Assembly: GCA_965248055.1 (NCBI GenBank) | Contig: CBDFIJ010000004.1 | Location: 2,080,001-2,144,000, forward strand | Source of the DNA: Candidatus Multivoradales bacterium | GTDB lineage: Bacteria > Acidobacteriota > Thermoanaerobaculia > Multivoradales > JAHEKO01 | Reading direction: 5' to 3' | Length of the DNA stretch: 64,000 bases | Part shown: piece after piece, positions 50,579 to 60,741 of the stretch | Layout: every line of letters starts with the position of its first letter | Position numbering within the stretch: the stretch's first letter is position 1 | Notes under the pieces: generated by a model | Seen by the model: the letters and a program-made list of their open reading frames with translations, nothing else | The model's database searches: none | What the model was told of the DNA's origin: nothing | Made by a program: the position numbers and the translations under genes

Positions 50579-50607
50579 TTGTGAGAAAGTTCACAAGCTC
50601 ATATAAT
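50579..50607 (+). promoter_or_regulatory. atp promoter with overlapping Rex/CRP-like operator
   Basis: TTGTGAGAAAGTTCACAA palindrome; TTGTGA-17bp-TATAAT. Confidence 0.65.
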
Positions 50608-50689
50608 CCGCCCGCGCCCCCGGCCTCCCGCTGAGGGCATATGCTTACTCCGAACTGATTTCTAATTTGGCGCTCAACTAGTCGAACTT

Positions 50690-51526
50690 ATGAGTACGAG
50701 TCCGCTGGAACACATCGTTCAGCACCCCATCAAAACGGTTGAGGCCAATGCCGGGATATTGACTCCGGAGGGCACGATTACGGTGTTCTCGGACCACATC
50801 AGCATGATCCTTGCGGCTGGCTTGCTGTTGCTGCTAGTCGTTCCAGTGGCGATTCGTCGGCGTGGCGGCATCAACGGTCTGGTTCCTAAAGGGCTTGGAA
50901 ATGGGATTGAATTCGTCTGTAACTTCATCCGTGAGAACGTAGCCCGCCCTTACTTGGGCGAGTACACTGATCGCTTCATCCCTTACATCTGGAGCGTGTT
51001 CTTTTTCATTTTGACGATGAATTTGTTGGGGTTGTTACCGCTTGGTTCGATCTTTCCGGTGTTTTCACTACACCTGGGCGGAACTGCGACTGCGAACATC
51101 TGGGTCACAGCGACCCTGGCGTTGATGACTCTGGCAATGATGGTCGTCAATGGGCTACGAATCGGCGGCAAGCATTTTGTTGCTCATCTGTGCCCTGGCC
51201 CGTTGTGGTTGGCACCGTTGCTGGTGCCTTTAGAGCTGGTTGGCTTCCTGGCTAAGACTTTCGCTTTGGCCGTTCGTTTGTTTGCCAACATGGTTGCTGG
51301 CCACACCCTGCTTGCGGTCTTGATCGGATTCGTTCTCACCGCTGGCACTGCTCTGGGGACAGGTGCGGGAATTGCTCTGTCGATTCCGATCGTCCTCGGT
51401 GCAGTCGCGATCAACATGTTGGAGTTGATGGTTGCGGGGATTCAAGCTTTTGTCTTCACCTACCTGACAGCAGCCTTTATCGGCAGCTCGATTATGTTTG
51501 ATCACCCGGAGGCGGAAGCGCACTAA
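50690..51526 (+). CDS. atpB: F0 subunit a
   Basis: ALAVRLFANM.AGH, IQAFVF. Confidence 0.97.
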   Translation: MSTSPLEHIVQHPIKTVEANAGILTPEGTITVFSDHISMILAAGLLLLLVVPVAIRRRGGINGLVPKGLGNGIEFVCNFIRENVARPYLGEYTDRFIPYIWSVFFFILTMNLLGLLPLGSIFPVFSLHLGGTATANIWVTATLALMTLAMMVVNGLRIGGKHFVAHLCPGPLWLAPLLVPLELVGFLAKTFALAVRLFANMVAGHTLLAVLIGFVLTAGTALGTGAGIALSIPIVLGAVAINMLELMVAGIQAFVFTYLTAAFIGSSIMFDHPEAEAH

Positions 51527-51646
51527 CTAAAAGTGAACAATCGCTATGCCCGAAGCTGCGAGGCTAGAACGGGTCGTAAGGCGTGACTGCGATAGCGAGA
51601 ACAAACTGGGTGACCTCGCCCCCGGAGATATTTTGAGGTATTAAGA

Positions 51647-52084
51647 ATGTCCAAACGCAAAGCTAGAGTAAATCTGATGGTCATCTGTGTCCTTCTGTTT
51701 GTCCCGTGGTTTATCCCTTTCGCTTCGGCGCAGGAGGAGGTCACGGAGGCTGTTGATCAGCAAGTAGCAGAAGTGGAACAGACTGTCGATCTTGGTGGTG
51801 AGGGCGAAGCAGTGGCAGAAGACGAGGCTGCTTCCGAAGCTCCTGAAAAGTATGTCTTTCTCACCACTGACGGTGCTCGCAAGCTCGGCGGCGCGATTGG
51901 CGCCGGCCTAGCAGTGATGGGTGGAGCAGCCGGAATCGGTCGTATTGGTGGAAGCGCTGTTGAATCTATGGCGCGTCAACCCGAGGCCAGTGGCCAAATC
52001 AACGGTGCGATGATTCTAACCGCTGCGTTTATTGAAGGCGTGACTCTGTTCGCCATCGTGGTTGGTCTTTTGGCCGCACTGTAG
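51647..52084 (+). CDS. atpE: F0 subunit c with N-terminal extension
   Basis: GAAGIGRIG, ARQPE, FIEG. Confidence 0.93.
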   Translation: MSKRKARVNLMVICVLLFVPWFIPFASAQEEVTEAVDQQVAEVEQTVDLGGEGEAVAEDEAASEAPEKYVFLTTDGARKLGGAIGAGLAVMGGAAGIGRIGGSAVESMARQPEASGQINGAMILTAAFIEGVTLFAIVVGLLAAL

Positions 52085-52184
52085 AAATAACAATACGGTT
52101 TATCGAAGTACTCCGGGCGGGCGGCCAAAATCTGTCCGCCCGGTGAAATCGAGCGAGGTTTGAGAGATTGGGTCGGAGCTAGAT

Positions 52185-52808
52185 ATGAAGTTATGGACCG
52201 ATAGTAAGTACTCCACCAAGGTCACATTGGGGCTTGTTGCCCTGATGGCATCTCCAATGTTGGCGTCACAAGAGACTCACGAAGTGGCGGGCGAGACGGC
52301 CCACCAACCCAACCTGTTCGCCGGTGATATCGGCAACATGATCTGGACCTTGGTGGTGTTTGCTCTGGTGGTTTTTGTCCTGGGCAAATTCGCCTGGAAG
52401 CCGATCCTGAGTGGCCTGCAAGCCCGAGAAGATTTCATCCGCACCTCCTTAGAAGAGGCCAAAGCGGACCGCGATCAGGCGGAAGCCGCACTGCGCGGTG
52501 TCGAAGACAAGCTGCAAGAAGCACGCGCCGAGGCCTCGGCGATCGTCGAAGAAGGGCGTCGGGATGCTGACGGTGTACGCCAGCGCATCGAAGTCGAGAC
52601 CCGCGAAGAAGCAGAGAAAATGGTGGCGCGCGCCAAGCGTGAAATTGATTTAGCGACTCAGAGCGCGGTCAAAGAGCTCTACACCAAAGCCGAGACCTTG
52701 GCGATCGAGGCGGCCTCTGCGGTGGTGCGGCGTGAAATCAACGCCGAGGATCACCAACGTCTGATTCAAGACGCGATCTCCGCGATCGAATCCCGGACCG
52801 ACGCCTAA
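52185..52808 (+). CDS. atpF: F0 subunit b
   Basis: KFAWKPI...L..RE..I, coiled coil. Confidence 0.95.
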   Translation: MKLWTDSKYSTKVTLGLVALMASPMLASQETHEVAGETAHQPNLFAGDIGNMIWTLVVFALVVFVLGKFAWKPILSGLQAREDFIRTSLEEAKADRDQAEAALRGVEDKLQEARAEASAIVEEGRRDADGVRQRIEVETREEAEKMVARAKREIDLATQSAVKELYTKAETLAIEAASAVVRREINAEDHQRLIQDAISAIESRTDA

Positions 52809-52829
52809 GAGACCAACTGGAGTATCTGC

Positions 52830-53444
52830 GTGGCCACCATTGACGATCGCCAACTTGCGCTGGGCCGGGTTTACGCCCGTGCAATGTACGCCGTTGCCGC
52901 TGAGCAGGGCGAAGAGCAGCAGTTGGGGGAAGAACTGAGTGCGCTTGGTCAGGCGATTGCTGGGATCCCTGAATTTGATTTATTTGCCGGCAGTCCACTG
53001 GTAGGTGCGTCGGATCGCGATGCCGCCGTTGAGAAGACCTTCCGTGGTCGAGTTTCTGGTGTCCTGGCCGACTCGCTGGCGGTGATCTCCTCCAAAGGGC
53101 GCTTGGCTTTGATGCCGGCGATCGTTGAGGCCTACCGACAAGAGCTGCGCGAACGTGGTGGGGTGATCGACGCCGAAGTGGTCAGCGCGGTTGAACTGAC
53201 CGACGAATTGCGTAGTGCCTTGCGCCAAGCGATTCGCAAACACACCGGCAAGGACGCCGAAATCACCGAACAGGTCGACCCTGACATTCTCGGTGGCCTG
53301 ATCGTGCGCACCGCCGGACAAAAGATTGATACCAGCGTCGCGGCGCAGCTTGGCAAATTGTCCGAGAGTCTGTCGAGGCGGGCCAGTGAAGAACTGATCC
53401 GGGGGTCATCGTTTACCGAGGAGTCCGCCGAAGCGTCCGAGTGA
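52830..53444 (+). CDS. atpH: F1 subunit delta
   Basis: VYARA, VDPDILGG..D.S. Confidence 0.95.
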   Translation: MATIDDRQLALGRVYARAMYAVAAEQGEEQQLGEELSALGQAIAGIPEFDLFAGSPLVGASDRDAAVEKTFRGRVSGVLADSLAVISSKGRLALMPAIVEAYRQELRERGGVIDAEVVSAVELTDELRSALRQAIRKHTGKDAEITEQVDPDILGGLIVRTAGQKIDTSVAAQLGKLSESLSRRASEELIRGSSFTEESAEASE

Positions 53445-53503
53445 CAGATCGCGGCCCTGAAAATAGAGCTGGAATAGGTACAGAGAGCAAAAAGGTTTAG
53501 CCC

Positions 53504-55234
53504 ATGAAATTTAGAATCGACGAAATCTCCTCCATTCTCAGCGAAGAAATTCGCCAACATCGCAGTGATATCGATCTTGCCGAAGTCGGGAAGGTGATCG
53601 AAGTTGGTGACGGTATCGCCAGAATCTACGGTTTGGAGAATGCCCAAGCTGGCGAAAGGCTGCAGTTTGAAAATGGTGCCTCTGGCCAGGTTTTTAACTT
53701 GGAAGAGAACTCTGTCGGCGCGGTGATCCTGGGCGACTATCTGGAAATCAAAGAAGGCGACGAAGTGCGACGCACCGGCGAGCTACTTTCGGTTCCAGTT
53801 GGAGCAGAGGTCGTGGGCCGGGTGGTAGACCCCTTGGGACGGCCACTCGATGGCTTGGGAACGGTAGAGACCAGCCAACGACGTCCGCTCGAGTTCAAAG
53901 CACCGGGCATTTCCGCCCGTCAGCCCGTCACCGAGCCGATGCAGACCGGCATCAAGGCGGTTGATTCGATGATTCCAGTCGGTCGCGGTCAACGTGAGCT
54001 AATCATTGGCGACCGTAAGACCGGCAAAACGGCAATTGCCATCGACGCCATCCTCAACCAGAAAGATAGCGGTGTGATCTGTGTTTATGTCGCCGTCGGC
54101 CAGAAGGAGTCGACGGTTGCAGCATTGGTCGAGAAGCTGCGCGAGCACGGCGCGATGGATTACACCGTTGTGGTCTCGGCGTCTGCCTCCAACCCGGCAC
54201 CGTTGCAATACATCGCTCCCTACGCCGGAGCCGCGATCGCCGAGCACTTCATGTATGGCCAAGGCCGCGCGACCCTGGTGATTTACGACGATCTCACCAA
54301 ACAGGCGCAGGCCTATCGTCAGTTGTCCTTACTGTTGCGCCGTCCGCCGGGTCGTGAGGCCTATCCGGGTGACGTTTTCTACCTACACTCCCGCTTGCTG
54401 GAGCGTGCGGTCAAGCTGCGCGATGAATATGGCGTGGTCCCCAAGGACACCGCCGAGGACTCGACCGATCGTTCCATCGTTTTGCGCCACCCTGAAGGCT
54501 TGGCCGCCGAATCCGCGCATCGACCCGACGACACCGAGGGGCTCTACCATCGCCCGGAGGGCTTGCACAAAGCCACCGCTTGGTTGGAGAGCCTTGAGAA
54601 CAAAGGCGACTATCGTGTCCACCGGTTCCCTAACAGTGGCGGCTCGATGACCGCGCTGCCGATTATTGAGACCTTGGAAGGCGAAGTCTCGGCATACATT
54701 CCGACCAACGTAATTTCAATTACCGACGGTCAGATCTACCTGGAGCCGGACCTGTTCTTTGCCGGAGTGCGCCCCGCGGTTAACGTGGGTATCAGCGTGT
54801 CCCGCGTCGGCGGTAACGCACAGATCAAGGCGATGAAGAAAATCGCCGGTTCGTTGCGTTTGGACCTGGCGTCCTTTCGTGAGCTTGAGGCCTTTGCTCA
54901 ATTGGGCACCGATCTCGACGCCACCTCACAACGCCAATTAGACCGCGGCCAACGGATGGTCGAGTTGCTCAAGCAGCCGCAGTACCGACCGTACTCGGTG
55001 CAAGAGCAAGTGGCCTCGATTTTCGCCGCTTCCAAGGGCTATCTCGATGACCTGCCCACCGATCAAGTGACTGAGTTTGAGGAAGGCTTCCTCGGTCATC
55101 TGCGCGATGAGTTCCCCGAGATCATGGATGAGATCCGCGATCAGAAATCGATTTCCGATGAACTGAGCGACAAGCTAGGCTCGGTGATTGTCGCTTTCAA
55201 GATCGGTTTCACCGCTGCTAAGGAAGCCGCCTGA
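53504..55234 (+). CDS. atpA: F1 subunit alpha
   Basis: [29 protein letters not shown]. Confidence 0.98.
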   Translation: MKFRIDEISSILSEEIRQHRSDIDLAEVGKVIEVGDGIARIYGLENAQAGERLQFENGASGQVFNLEENSVGAVILGDYLEIKEGDEVRRTGELLSVPVGAEVVGRVVDPLGRPLDGLGTVETSQRRPLEFKAPGISARQPVTEPMQTGIKAVDSMIPVGRGQRELIIGDRKTGKTAIAIDAILNQKDSGVICVYVAVGQKESTVAALVEKLREHGAMDYTVVVSASASNPAPLQYIAPYAGAAIAEHFMYGQGRATLVIYDDLTKQAQAYRQLSLLLRRPPGREAYPGDVFYLHSRLLERAVKLRDEYGVVPKDTAEDSTDRSIVLRHPEGLAAESAHRPDDTEGLYHRPEGLHKATAWLESLENKGDYRVHRFPNSGGSMTALPIIETLEGEVSAYIPTNVISITDGQIYLEPDLFFAGVRPAVNVGISVSRVGGNAQIKAMKKIAGSLRLDLASFRELEAFAQLGTDLDATSQRQLDRGQRMVELLKQPQYRPYSVQEQVASIFAASKGYLDDLPTDQVTEFEEGFLGHLRDEFPEIMDEIRDQKSISDELSDKLGSVIVAFKIGFTAAKEAA

Positions 55235-55264
55235 TGTTTCGACCTGCAGAGCTGTCTTTTGCTC

Positions 55265-55763
55265 GTCGCCAGAGCGGAGGGTTCTCTCACACTCGTCATC
55301 CCGGTGGAGGGTTGTCTCACACTTGTCATCCCGGTGAAGGGTTGTCTCACACTTGTCATCCCGGTGAAGGGTTGTCTCACACTCGTCATCCCGGCGGGGG
55401 TTTTGGGAGGGGAGCCGGGATCTATCCGGTCTATCTCCGAAACAGTGAGACAGATCCCCGCCCCGCTTCACCCCCACCCGCGGGGATGACGATGGGGAGT
55501 ATCCCGCCCGCGGGGATGACGATGGGGAGTATCCCGCCCGCGGGGATGACGATGGGGAGTATCCCGCCCGCGGGGATGACGATGGGGAGTATCCCGCCCG
55601 CGGGGATGACGATGGGGAGTATCCCGCCCGCGGGGATGACGATGGGGAGTATCCCGCCCGCGGGGATGACGATGGGGAGTATCCCGCCCGCGGGGATGAC
55701 GATGGGGAGTATCTCGCCCGCGGGGATGACGATGGGGAGTATCTCGCCCGCGGGGATGACGAT
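55265..55763. repeat. REP-like inverted element with both ends tandemly amplified (30-bp units)
   Basis: 4-5 units with GTCATCCCGG at 55265-55395; 10 units with CGGGGATGAC at 55481-55763. Confidence 0.9.
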
Positions 55764-55798
55764 CGACATTTGCTGTCTAAAGCCGAGAGTTTCAGACT

Positions 55799-56662
55799 AT
55801 GGCTAATCGTCGCGAAATCGTTCAGCGCCGCAAGGCGGTACGCAATATCCGCAAGATCACGCGGACCATGCAGTTGGTAGCCACCGCTCGCTATCAAACC
55901 GCATACACCCGCGCGGTGGCGACCAAGCCCTACGCGGAGAAGCTAGCCGAGATGGCCGCCAACTTGTCGCGCGCGGCGGGCACCATCGATCACCCGCTGA
56001 TGCGTCAACCGGAAGATCCTGGGCGGGGCGTGGTGATCGTCATCTCCAGCTCGCGTGGACTGGCCGGCAGCTACAACACCAACTTGCTGCGCCGGGCTGG
56101 CGACCATCTGGATGAACTCTCTGCCTCTGGTCGCGAGATTGAGACCCAGATGATGCGCAAGAAAGGCGCGGCCTACTTTCGTTTTAACGATCGGCCGATG
56201 CAAGAGATCAACACCGAGATGCCCGACATGCCCGGGTTTGCCGACGTCGAACCGATGGTCAATGAATTGATCGCGCGCTTCACCAGCGGCGAGCTCGACT
56301 CCGTTGACGTGGTTTACACCAACTTCATTTCCGCCAGCAAGCAGCAACCCGAAGTCTTGTCGCTGCTGCCGCTGAGTGCCGAAGGCGGAGAGGATCAAGC
56401 CGCTGTCGAGTATGAATTCTCGCCCGAGCCGCAGGAGCTTTTGGCTGAATTGCTACCGGCAACCGTGCGGCTGAACCTCTACCAGGCATTCACCGACGCC
56501 GCCATTTCCGAGCAATTGGCGCGCATGGTGGCAATGAAAGCTGCGACCACCGCCGCCGAAGACAAGATCAAACTGCTCACCCGGGAATACAACCGGGCAC
56601 GCCAGACCGCGATTACCACTGAACTTTTGGACATTGTCGGGGGCGCTAACGCGCTCGCGTAA
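55799..56662 (+). CDS. atpG: F1 subunit gamma
   Basis: KITRTMQLV, RGLAG.YN, RQTAITTE. Confidence 0.97.
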   Translation: MANRREIVQRRKAVRNIRKITRTMQLVATARYQTAYTRAVATKPYAEKLAEMAANLSRAAGTIDHPLMRQPEDPGRGVVIVISSSRGLAGSYNTNLLRRAGDHLDELSASGREIETQMMRKKGAAYFRFNDRPMQEINTEMPDMPGFADVEPMVNELIARFTSGELDSVDVVYTNFISASKQQPEVLSLLPLSAEGGEDQAAVEYEFSPEPQELLAELLPATVRLNLYQAFTDAAISEQLARMVAMKAATTAAEDKIKLLTREYNRARQTAITTELLDIVGGANALA

Positions 56663-58102
<1,440 letters not shown>

Positions 58103-58180
58103 CCGCCATCCTGAGCGAGGGCTCAGCCCGAGCCGAAGAATCTCAAAAGGTACCAACACCTCAACGACCGCAACCCAACT

Positions 58181-58221
58181 ATGGCAAACGAAACCTTCAC
58201 CTGCTTCATCATCACCCCCGA
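58181..58221 (+). pseudogene. atpC: atpC 5' stub
   Basis: MANETFTCFIITPD followed by unrelated sequence. Confidence 0.75.
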
Positions 58222-58398
58222 CTCGAATGTACGCCTGCGGCGCTCGTCGCTGTGGGTGTGCCGATCTAGCAGACGCTTTGCGATTTCGCTGACGGCTAGG
58301 TTGAGTTTTGCTGGATGTACCCACGCTGTCATCCTGAGCGAGGGCGCTTAGCCCGAGTCGAAGGATCTCAAAAGCAGCGAATTATCCCCAAACCAACC

Positions 58399-58809
58399 AT
58401 GACAAACGAAACCTTCACCTGCTCCATTATCACCCCCGAAGCCGCCGTCTACTCCGGCGATGTCACCTTCGTTGTCGTCCCCGCCCACGATGGTGAAGTG
58501 GGTTTCATGAAACACCGCGCCCCCTTCCTGGTGCGCCTCGGCATTGGCTCCCTTCGTCTTGAAGGGCCAGGCTTAGAAGGCTCTGACGGCAACCAGCAGT
58601 TTTTCGTCGATGGTGGCTTCGCCGAGATGGTCGACAACCAACTCACCGTTCTCACCGAGCAAGCCATCGCCTCCACTGACCTCGACAGCGCAACGATTCA
58701 GGCCGAACTCACCACCGCCCAAGACCTCCCCGCCCATACCCCCGCTGAAGTCACCCAACGCGACCGTGAGCTGGAACGCGCCAAAGCGAAAGTCAAACTG
58801 GCTGGTTAG
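58399..58809 (+). CDS. atpC: F1 subunit epsilon
   Basis: IITPE, GEVGFM..HRAP, GGFAEM. Confidence 0.93.
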   Translation: MTNETFTCSIITPEAAVYSGDVTFVVVPAHDGEVGFMKHRAPFLVRLGIGSLRLEGPGLEGSDGNQQFFVDGGFAEMVDNQLTVLTEQAIASTDLDSATIQAELTTAQDLPAHTPAEVTQRDRELERAKAKVKLAG

Positions 58810-58826
58810 ACCCCGCCGTACCATCG

Positions 58827-60077
58827 CTAGGGTCCCAACGCCCCAACAGGGATCACCGCGACCCCGTCTTCACGCAGGTAGCCGTAGCCGGCACCGACAA
58901 TCACGGCCAGCACCTTGGGTGTCCCGATCTTGGTGGTGTCTACTCGATCGGCGAACCTGAGGAGGCTCGCAGCCCCTTCCTCTACAAGCCCGGGACCCAG
59001 CTTGACCTCAAAGGCCGCCCAACGACCATCTGCGGTTTCCACGATTGCATCTACTTCGAGGCCGGTGTTGTCCCGATAATGGAGAACCGTCGCGTCTGCA
59101 GCCTGAGCATGGATGCGCAGGTCCCGAATAACCAATGATTCGAACAGAAATTCGAGCAGATTCAGATCTTTCAACAGCCGATCAGGCGTGGCTCGCAATG
59201 CCGCCACAGCCAGCGAAGGGTCGACGAAATGGCGCTTGGGGGTGCGCCGCAGAGTCGACTTTGAACGCAAGTGTGGCGCCCAAGCCGGCTGGTCCTCCAC
59301 AATCATCAGGCGTTCAAGGGCGGTGAGGTAGTCCTTTGCCGTTTCGTCATCGAGGGCACCGTCGGCGCCCCCGGCGTTCGCTGCAAGCGTGGTGATAGCG
59401 GCTTGGGTTGCCACGTTTCGTGCTAGCGACCGTAGAAGCCTGCCGACCTTCTCAGGATCCCGGTGCTTGCCCTCGACCCGGCCGACATCGACCCGACGGA
59501 TCTCCTCAAGGTAGTCCCGCGCAGCTCGTAAGGCCTGATCTACCGGGAGATCGAGATGGCTAGGCCAGCCTCCGACCGCAATGCGTCTCGTAAGGTCGGT
59601 CACAGTCAGTCCTGGATCTGGACTTCGCGGAACTTCGCCGGTGAGCAAACCTTGGAGTGATACTGACCCGGTACTGTGCCCTGTCTCGTAAAGGCTCATT
59701 GGGCGCATGCGTAGGCGCGTCAGCCGCGCTGCTCCCGTGTGCCTTGTGATGTCGTCGGCAGGAACTGCAGATCCAGTCAAAATGAACTGCCCCGGCTCTC
59801 TGCGGTCGTCCACAGCTCGCCGGATGTGGTTCCAGATCGTCGGCTCAAGCTGCCATTCGTCGATCAGGCGTGGCGTCGCGCCGCCCAATACCAGAGTGGG
59901 CTCCACTGCGATCGCTTGGCGAGCATTTGCGTCCACATCGAGAAGCACCTCACTGGCGGCGACTTGTCGGGCGGTAGTCGTCTTGCCACACGCCTTGGGC
60001 CCTTCAATGACCACGGCACCCGTCGAGGACAATCGGTCGGTTAGTTCAGAGTCAACAACGCGTTGGTGGTACTTCAT
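58827..60077 (-). CDS. AAA_14 ATPase + DUF4143 PD-(D/E)xK domain protein
   Basis: GPKACGKTT, LIDEWQ, LTGS, EVDAIV..FEVK. Confidence 0.9.
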   Translation of the reverse strand: MKYHQRVVDSELTDRLSSTGAVVIEGPKACGKTTTARQVAASEVLLDVDANARQAIAVEPTLVLGGATPRLIDEWQLEPTIWNHIRRAVDDRREPGQFILTGSAVPADDITRHTGAARLTRLRMRPMSLYETGHSTGSVSLQGLLTGEVPRSPDPGLTVTDLTRRIAVGGWPSHLDLPVDQALRAARDYLEEIRRVDVGRVEGKHRDPEKVGRLLRSLARNVATQAAITTLAANAGGADGALDDETAKDYLTALERLMIVEDQPAWAPHLRSKSTLRRTPKRHFVDPSLAVAALRATPDRLLKDLNLLEFLFESLVIRDLRIHAQAADATVLHYRDNTGLEVDAIVETADGRWAAFEVKLGPGLVEEGAASLLRFADRVDTTKIGTPKVLAVIVGAGYGYLREDGVAVIPVGALGP

Positions 60078-60109
60078 TGAGAATTAGGAGCTGGCGACGG
60101 GTAATGTAC

Positions 60110-60168
60110 CCGGAAGATTGTAACGCACACAGCCGGAAGATTGTAATCCAGAGAACCGGAAGATTGAA
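60110..60168. repeat. three direct repeats CCGGAAGATTG, 23-bp period
   Basis: Copies at 60110, 60133, 60156 upstream of the DUF4143 gene. Confidence 0.8.
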
Positions 60169-60313
60169 ATCTTCCTGGTGCGGTCAATCCCCAAGCGACG
60201 GCACCCCTAATAGCAATAAGCGCTCCCACGGTCTCTTTCCTTGTCGTCCTGAGCGAGGGCGCTTAGCCCGAGTCGAAGAATCTCAAAAGTAGCGAATCAC
60301 CCCCAAACCAACC

Positions 60314-60727
60314 ATGCAAACAAAACCTTCACCTGCTCCATCATCACCCTCGAGGCCGCGGTCTACTCCGGCGACGTCACATTTGTCGTCGTCCCAGCCC
60401 ACGACGGTGAAGTCGGTTTCATGAAACACTGCGCTCCCTCTCCTGGTGCGCCTCGGAATTGGCTCACTTCGTCTTGAAGGGCCAGGCCTAGAAAGCCCCG
60501 ATGGCAACCAGCAGTTTTTCGTAGATGGCGGCTTCGCCGAAATGGTCGATAACCAGCTAACCGTGTTCACCGAACAAGCCATCGCCTCCACTGACCTCGA
60601 CAGAGCCACCATCCAAGCCGAACTCACTGCTGCACAAAACCTTCCCGCCCACACCCCAGCCGAGGTCGCCCAACGCGACCGCGAGCTGGAGCGAGCCAAG
60701 GCGAAGGTCAAGTTAGTAACAGTTTAG
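60314..60727 (+). pseudogene. atpC: second atpC copy, frameshifted
   Basis: 1-bp deletion after ATG and 1-bp insertion near 60438; premature TGA in the ATG frame. Confidence 0.88.
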
Positions 60728-60741
60728 AGATCGCGGCGAGG

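Noticed and set aside
55480-55763. Possible CRISPR array
   Set aside because: Units are head-to-tail with no unique spacers and no cas genes nearby
55141-55897. ORFs with repeated peptides (SSSPRAGY, PPAGMTMGSI)
   Set aside because: Translations of the 30-bp DNA repeat, open in several frames
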